Shown here: positions 59,447 through 64,000 of the stretch, piece after piece | Layout: each line of letters opens with the position of its first letter | Position numbering within the stretch: the stretch's first letter is position 1 | Source of the DNA: a virus | IMG/VR virus record: IMGVR_UViG_3300033146_005954 | Span: 3,859-67,858 of that record | Length of the DNA stretch: 64,000 nt | Direction: 5' to 3' (one strand) | Notes under the pieces: model-generated | The model's input: the letters and a program-made list of their open reading frames with translations, nothing else | Database searches by the model: none | What the model was told of the DNA's origin: nothing | Position numbers and translations under genes: made by a program

Positions 59447-60522
59447 AAAAATCTATTTTTGAAGTTATATATAATAAATCATTTGATGAAATAAAAAATA
59501 TAGTAACTAAAGAACCATATTTTTTTAAAACAGATGAAACAGAAGATTTATTTTTATTAAAATATGATCAAATAAAAACTGACATGAATTATCTTGCAAG
59601 TAGGCAAAGTAGGGGAATAATATTTGAAAAACAAACTAATAAATTAGTTTGTTATCCATTTGATAAATTTTTTAATTATGGAGAACTTTTAGCCGATAAA
59701 ATAGATTTTAAAAAAGCCTCTATTTTAGAAAAAGTGGATGGTTCAATAATTAAAGTTTTTTATTATAAAAAATGGTGTGTTGCTACAAATGGGAAAATTG
59801 ACGCTTTTACAACAATTTTACAAAATGACACAATTTTTAAAAATTTTGGAGAGCTGTTTATTGAAGCAATGAGTAAAGTAAATCTTAATTTATTTGATAA
59901 TTTGAACAAAAATAACACATATTTGTTTGAATTAACTTCCCCTTATAATAGAGTTGTTGTTCCTTATAAAGATATTAAAATAACACATACAGGAACAAGA
60001 AATAATATAACTTTAAAAGAAATAGAAGAGGATATAGGAGTTGAAAAACCGAAAAAATATTTTTTTAATTCATTTGATGATATTTTAAAAAATGTTGAAA
60101 AATTACCATATAATAAAGAAGGATATGTTTTATTAGAAAATTATAAAAGAGTAAAAGTAAAATCTCTTGCTTATGTAGCAGTACATCATTTACATAATAA
60201 TGGAACAATTAGCAAAAAAAGAGTTTTGGATTTAATAAAATCAAATGAACATATAGAATATTTAAGTTATTTTCCAGAAGATAAAAAAACATTTGATTTA
60301 ATTGAAAAAAAATATATTGACTTTAAAAAGAAATTGATAATATCTGAATTTGAAATGAAGTCTTTTATTGACCTTTCAAGAAAAGATTTTGCTATGTGGG
60401 CTATTAAACAAGAAAATTCGGAATATTTATTTAAGAAGTTAGATAATCCAGACTTAACAATAGATGTTTTTCTTAATAGTAAAACAAGTGATAAAGTGCT
60501 TACTATGATGGGAGTAAAATAA
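59443..60522 (+). CDS. T4 Rnl1-like RNA ligase
   Basis: RGIIF, PFDKFFN, EKVDGS, FELTSP.NRVV, EGYV, RVKVK. Confidence 0.88.
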   Translation: MKKSIFEVIYNKSFDEIKNIVTKEPYFFKTDETEDLFLLKYDQIKTDMNYLASRQSRGIIFEKQTNKLVCYPFDKFFNYGELLADKIDFKKASILEKVDGSIIKVFYYKKWCVATNGKIDAFTTILQNDTIFKNFGELFIEAMSKVNLNLFDNLNKNNTYLFELTSPYNRVVVPYKDIKITHTGTRNNITLKEIEEDIGVEKPKKYFFNSFDDILKNVEKLPYNKEGYVLLENYKRVKVKSLAYVAVHHLHNNGTISKKRVLDLIKSNEHIEYLSYFPEDKKTFDLIEKKYIDFKKKLIISEFEMKSFIDLSRKDFAMWAIKQENSEYLFKKLDNPDLTIDVFLNSKTSDKVLTMMGVK

Positions 60523-60893
60523 AAAAATTTTTAGATAAATATGATACTATTATAGAAGAAAATAGGATTTATACTGATATAATAAATAATCTTTTAATAG
60601 AAAATATTGATATAAAATATATTAACAATTTTTTAAAAGAAGAAAAAGAAAGGAGTTGTGGAGATAGTTATTTAACCTTAAAAGATAAAATAGGGGAGTT
60701 ATTAAAACCTGAACTATATTATCTAACAATGGAAAGTATTTTAGATATGGTGAATGTTAGTATAAGTAGTGCATTAGAAAATGGGAATTTAAGAATAATT
60801 GAAAAAATAAAAGAGGAAGTAAAAAATGGAAAAAATGAAATATAATATAATATTGATGGAACAGTTACTATTTCAATAACAGATTTTGATAAA

Positions 60894-61169
60894 ATGAGAA
60901 ATTTATTTGAAGAAGAAAATAGTAATTTTTTAGATGAAAAAAAGAAATATGAAAATGGACTGGCAAAAACTATTACATTTGATGGAAGTGGGCATTCAAA
61001 AATATGGTGGTCTTCAAAAGATGATGTGACAAAAAAAATAATCGAAAAAAATAAAAAAAGTAATGAAAATGAAGTTAGAAATTTAAAAAGAGATTTTTTT
61101 AATATGTCTTTATTAAGTTTTATTAAATGGAAAAGGGAAAATAAAAATGTTAATAAAAGAAATTTTTGA
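60894..61169 (+). CDS. hypothetical protein (true start possibly upstream near 60826)
   Basis: ORF in early gene string. Confidence 0.5.
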   Translation: MRNLFEEENSNFLDEKKKYENGLAKTITFDGSGHSKIWWSSKDDVTKKIIEKNKKSNENEVRNLKRDFFNMSLLSFIKWKRENKNVNKRNF

Positions 61170-61338
61170 AAAAATGGTAAAAAATGAAAAAGTTCTATTT
61201 ACAAACAGTCTTTCTGAAAATTATATATCCGAAATTTGTGGAATAGAAAAAGATAGTAATAAAACATATATCATTTTAGATGATAACGATAATGCATACT
61301 CAACAAATAGTGTTTTCGAATATTCTACACTAGAATGA
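61147..61338 (+). CDS. hypothetical protein
   Basis: Small coupled ORF. Confidence 0.45.
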   Translation: MLIKEIFEKMVKNEKVLFTNSLSENYISEICGIEKDSNKTYIILDDNDNAYSTNSVFEYSTLE

Positions 61339-61358
61339 TCTTATAAAGGTGGGCAAAA

Positions 61359-61943
61359 ATGATAAAAGAAAGAATTATAACAGCTTATATTTTAGCAAAA
61401 AAAGCTCATCTTGGTCAAAAAAGGAAATATAGTAATTTAGATTATTTTACTCATTGTAAAGCAGTTGCCAGAAGAATAGAAGAGTTAAACTTATCAGAAG
61501 ATATGATTATATCTGCTTTGCTTCATGATACAATTGAAGATACTGCAATTGAATATGAAACAATTGAAAAAGAATTTGGAATAATTATTGCAAATATAGT
61601 AAATGAATTAACTTCTGATAAATATTTAATAAAAAAAATAGGTAAAGCAAACTATTTAGGAAATAAAATGTTGAATATGAGTGAAGAAGCTTTTACTCTT
61701 AAATTAGCAGATAGAGAACATAATATAAAATTTTTAGCTAAAGATTCTGATTTATCCTCTTTAAAAGCAATGAAGTTTTTGAAAAAATATTATACTGAAA
61801 CATGTGATATATTAAATATTATTTCAAAAAGATATCAGAATAATTCACAAGCTATATTATTTAACAGCATAAATGATATATTGGAAGGCTTATCAATCAA
61901 ATATAATTTAGAATATAATACAATTCTTTGGAGGGAAAAGTGA
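61359..61943 (+). CDS. HD-domain (p)ppGpp hydrolase-like protein (SpoT HD/Mesh1 family)
   Basis: AHLGQKRK, YFTH, ALLHDTIEDT, KLADREHN. Confidence 0.85.
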   Translation: MIKERIITAYILAKKAHLGQKRKYSNLDYFTHCKAVARRIEELNLSEDMIISALLHDTIEDTAIEYETIEKEFGIIIANIVNELTSDKYLIKKIGKANYLGNKMLNMSEEAFTLKLADREHNIKFLAKDSDLSSLKAMKFLKKYYTETCDILNIISKRYQNNSQAILFNSINDILEGLSIKYNLEYNTILWREK

Positions 61944-62182
61944 CAGAGTCAGAAGCTTTAGTAAAAATAAATGAACTAAAAAAAGAATTTCACTTTACAA
62001 GTATTATATATACTTTATCTGATATATTGGAAGTTGCTGATGAAGAAAATATTTCTTTAAGTAGGGAGGAAGCTATAAAAGTAATTGATTTATTAGAATA
62101 TACAAAAGATTGTAATTATGGCATTACTTGGAAAACTATTTTAATAGCTATACAATCTATAAAAGATTTACAAAAAAATTAA
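61928..62182 (+). CDS. hypothetical protein
   Basis: DCNYGITW motif. Confidence 0.55.
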   Translation: MEGKVTESEALVKINELKKEFHFTSIIYTLSDILEVADEENISLSREEAIKVIDLLEYTKDCNYGITWKTILIAIQSIKDLQKN

Positions 62183-62220
62183 AAAATGATATAATTATTT
62201 TATAGAAAAGGAATTGAAAA

Positions 62221-62601
62221 ATGACTAATTGGTTATTTGAAATTAAAGGAATTGAAAATTTACTACAAAAGGAGTCAACTGTAGAATCAACTTTAAATCT
62301 TTGTAAAAAGCTGGTAAAAGAATTAAACATTATTAAACATACTGTTGATAACAAAATAGACTTTGAGGAAGAGGACAAATCATACATTTATTATACCTTA
62401 GTTGAAATAATAAGCAATTTTGATTTTCTAAAAGATTTACTTAATAGAACTATTCCTGAATGTGAATGGAAAGACTATGATTTTGACATTTATGAAAGAG
62501 AAGAAATGTTTAATGACTATTTAAACGATTTATATGACTTAGCTGATAATTATTTTACTTTACATAGTGGTAAAATAATTAAATTTTTATGGGTGGGGTA
62601 A
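62221..62601 (+). CDS. hypothetical protein
   Basis: FNDYLNDLYDLAD...LWVG. Confidence 0.6.
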   Translation: MTNWLFEIKGIENLLQKESTVESTLNLCKKLVKELNIIKHTVDNKIDFEEEDKSYIYYTLVEIISNFDFLKDLLNRTIPECEWKDYDFDIYEREEMFNDYLNDLYDLADNYFTLHSGKIIKFLWVG

Positions 62602-62602
62602 A

Positions 62603-62767
62603 ATGGTAGTCAAAGAAATTAGATGGGATATTGATGGAATGACAATAAAGAAATTGAAAGAGTTTTTAAACCAATTTGAAAATACAGATGAAATTGATAT
62701 TGAATATGAGTATGGATATGATTGTGAAGAAAGATATACTGTTATAAACATTGCAAGGAGAGATTAA
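62603..62767 (+). CDS. small hypothetical protein
   Basis: MVVKEIRW...NIARRD*. Confidence 0.5.
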   Translation: MVVKEIRWDIDGMTIKKLKEFLNQFENTDEIDIEYEYGYDCEERYTVINIARRD

Positions 62768-63322
62768 AATGATAAATTATACTTTGATTTATATAGTAAG
62801 TTTTTTAATAGTACTTTCTGTAGTAGGAATTAAGAAAGTAGGAATCAAACAATTTCTAAAGAATTTGATTTAAAAGTCTGTTATAAAACAGGAAATTCTT
62901 TTGGAAGTTTTGATGAAGAATCAATATTAGATTTTGGTTTTAAAAATATTGAAACAGCAGAAGACAATTTAATAAGGATTGAAGAACATAATAAAATGGT
63001 TAAAGAATATTATGACGGTGGTGCTATACCAAATGAGTTGAAAAGTAAAATGTGGTTTGTTAATCCATCTGAAAAAGAACTTGAAAACTTTGGCAGTTAT
63101 TTTTATTCTTTCCATTCTATTATGCTAGTAGATGATAATGGGAATGAGTTTAGATACTCTACTAGTGATTGGGTTGGATATTTTGAAACACTCTATAGCA
63201 TTGAAATAATTGCAAGGAGAGATTAAAATGATAAATTATACTTTGATTTATATAGTAAGTTTTTTAATAGTACTTTCTGTAGTAGGAATTAAGAAAGTAG
63301 GAATCAAACAATTTCTAAAGAA
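62750..63322 (+). repeat. 114-bp direct repeat (62750-62863 and 63209-63322), each encoding a 34-36 aa membrane peptide
   Basis: Identical copies; ORF MINYTLIYIVSFLIVLSVVGIKK... at 62769 and 63228. Confidence 0.9.
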
Positions 63323-63334
63323 CATAAAGGTTGG

Positions 63335-63997
63335 TTGAAAAATAAAAAATGGGGTGTTAGATTAAATTTACAATATGCTGATTTAAAATATGCTGATTTA
63401 AAATATGCTGATTTACAAACTGCTGATTTACAATATGCTGATTTAAAAAATGCTGATTTACGACATGCTGATTTAAAATACACTAGTTTAAAATATGCTG
63501 ATTTAAAAAATGCTGATTTTAAAGGTGCTGATTTACAATATGCTGATTTAAAAAATGCTGATTTACGACATGCTAAGTTACAATATGCTGATTTAAAAAA
63601 TGCTGATTTACGACATGCTAAGTTACAACATACTGATTTACGACATGCTGATTTACAAACTGCTGATTTAAAAAATGCTAAGTTACAACATGCTAATTTA
63701 CAACATGCTAATTTAAAATATGCTGATTTACAAGGTGCTGATTTACAACATGCTGATTTACAACATGCTAATTTACAACATGCTGATTTACAAACTGCTG
63801 ATTTAAAATACGCTGATTTAGATTTTTCAACATTACCTTTATGGTGTGGTGGTCAATTTATAACAGATGATAGAATTTGTAAACAATTAATAGCTCATAC
63901 TGTTAGAATAATGGAACTATCAAAAATAAATCAACCTAAGCTTATATCGATGATGAATGAGTATAAAAAAGGTTGGCATAGAGAAGAAGATTTTTAA
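63335..63997 (+). CDS. pentapeptide-repeat protein
   Basis: Long A(D/N)Lxx array; C-terminal LDFSTLPLWCG. Confidence 0.9.
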   Translation: MKNKKWGVRLNLQYADLKYADLKYADLQTADLQYADLKNADLRHADLKYTSLKYADLKNADFKGADLQYADLKNADLRHAKLQYADLKNADLRHAKLQHTDLRHADLQTADLKNAKLQHANLQHANLKYADLQGADLQHADLQHANLQHADLQTADLKYADLDFSTLPLWCGGQFITDDRICKQLIAHTVRIMELSKINQPKLISMMNEYKKGWHREEDF

Positions 63998-64000
63998 GGA

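Overview
This is a very AT-rich, gene-dense segment of a large tailed phage, most likely a jumbo myovirus with a T4-superfamily gene set, read in the standard genetic code. It holds the replication, recombination and repair cluster: gp32 SSB, UvsX/RecA, UvsW, gp46/47, DnaE-type polymerase, primase, DnaB/gp41, Rnh-like 5'-3' nuclease, Hjc resolvase and NAD ligase. It also carries a gp55-like sigma factor, a tubulin/FtsZ homolog, GroES, Hsp20, peptide deformylase, hpt, purA, RNA-repair genes, scattered virion genes (gp26, tail tube, gp23/24-like), six or more free-standing homing endonucleases, and an early region from about 55.4 kb with stacked sigma70 promoters. Main observations: (1) RecA/UvsX is split by a natural split intein with a decayed endonuclease between the halves. 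(2) DnaE is in three genes, with a cis intein in the first and the late sigma factor inside the locus. (3) A start-less gp51-like ORF appears reachable from gp26 only by a +1 shift at TTT-TAG followed by two hairpins. (4) A recurring GTAAAG(A/G/T)TAA motif is a candidate late promoter, lying mostly upstream of virion-type genes. (5) A coiled-coil/vWA/divergent PurA-like operon has an altered aspartate-binding loop. (6) There is a structured origin-like region and several candidate ncRNA repeat arrays. All product calls come from motif recognition by eye; no searches were run.
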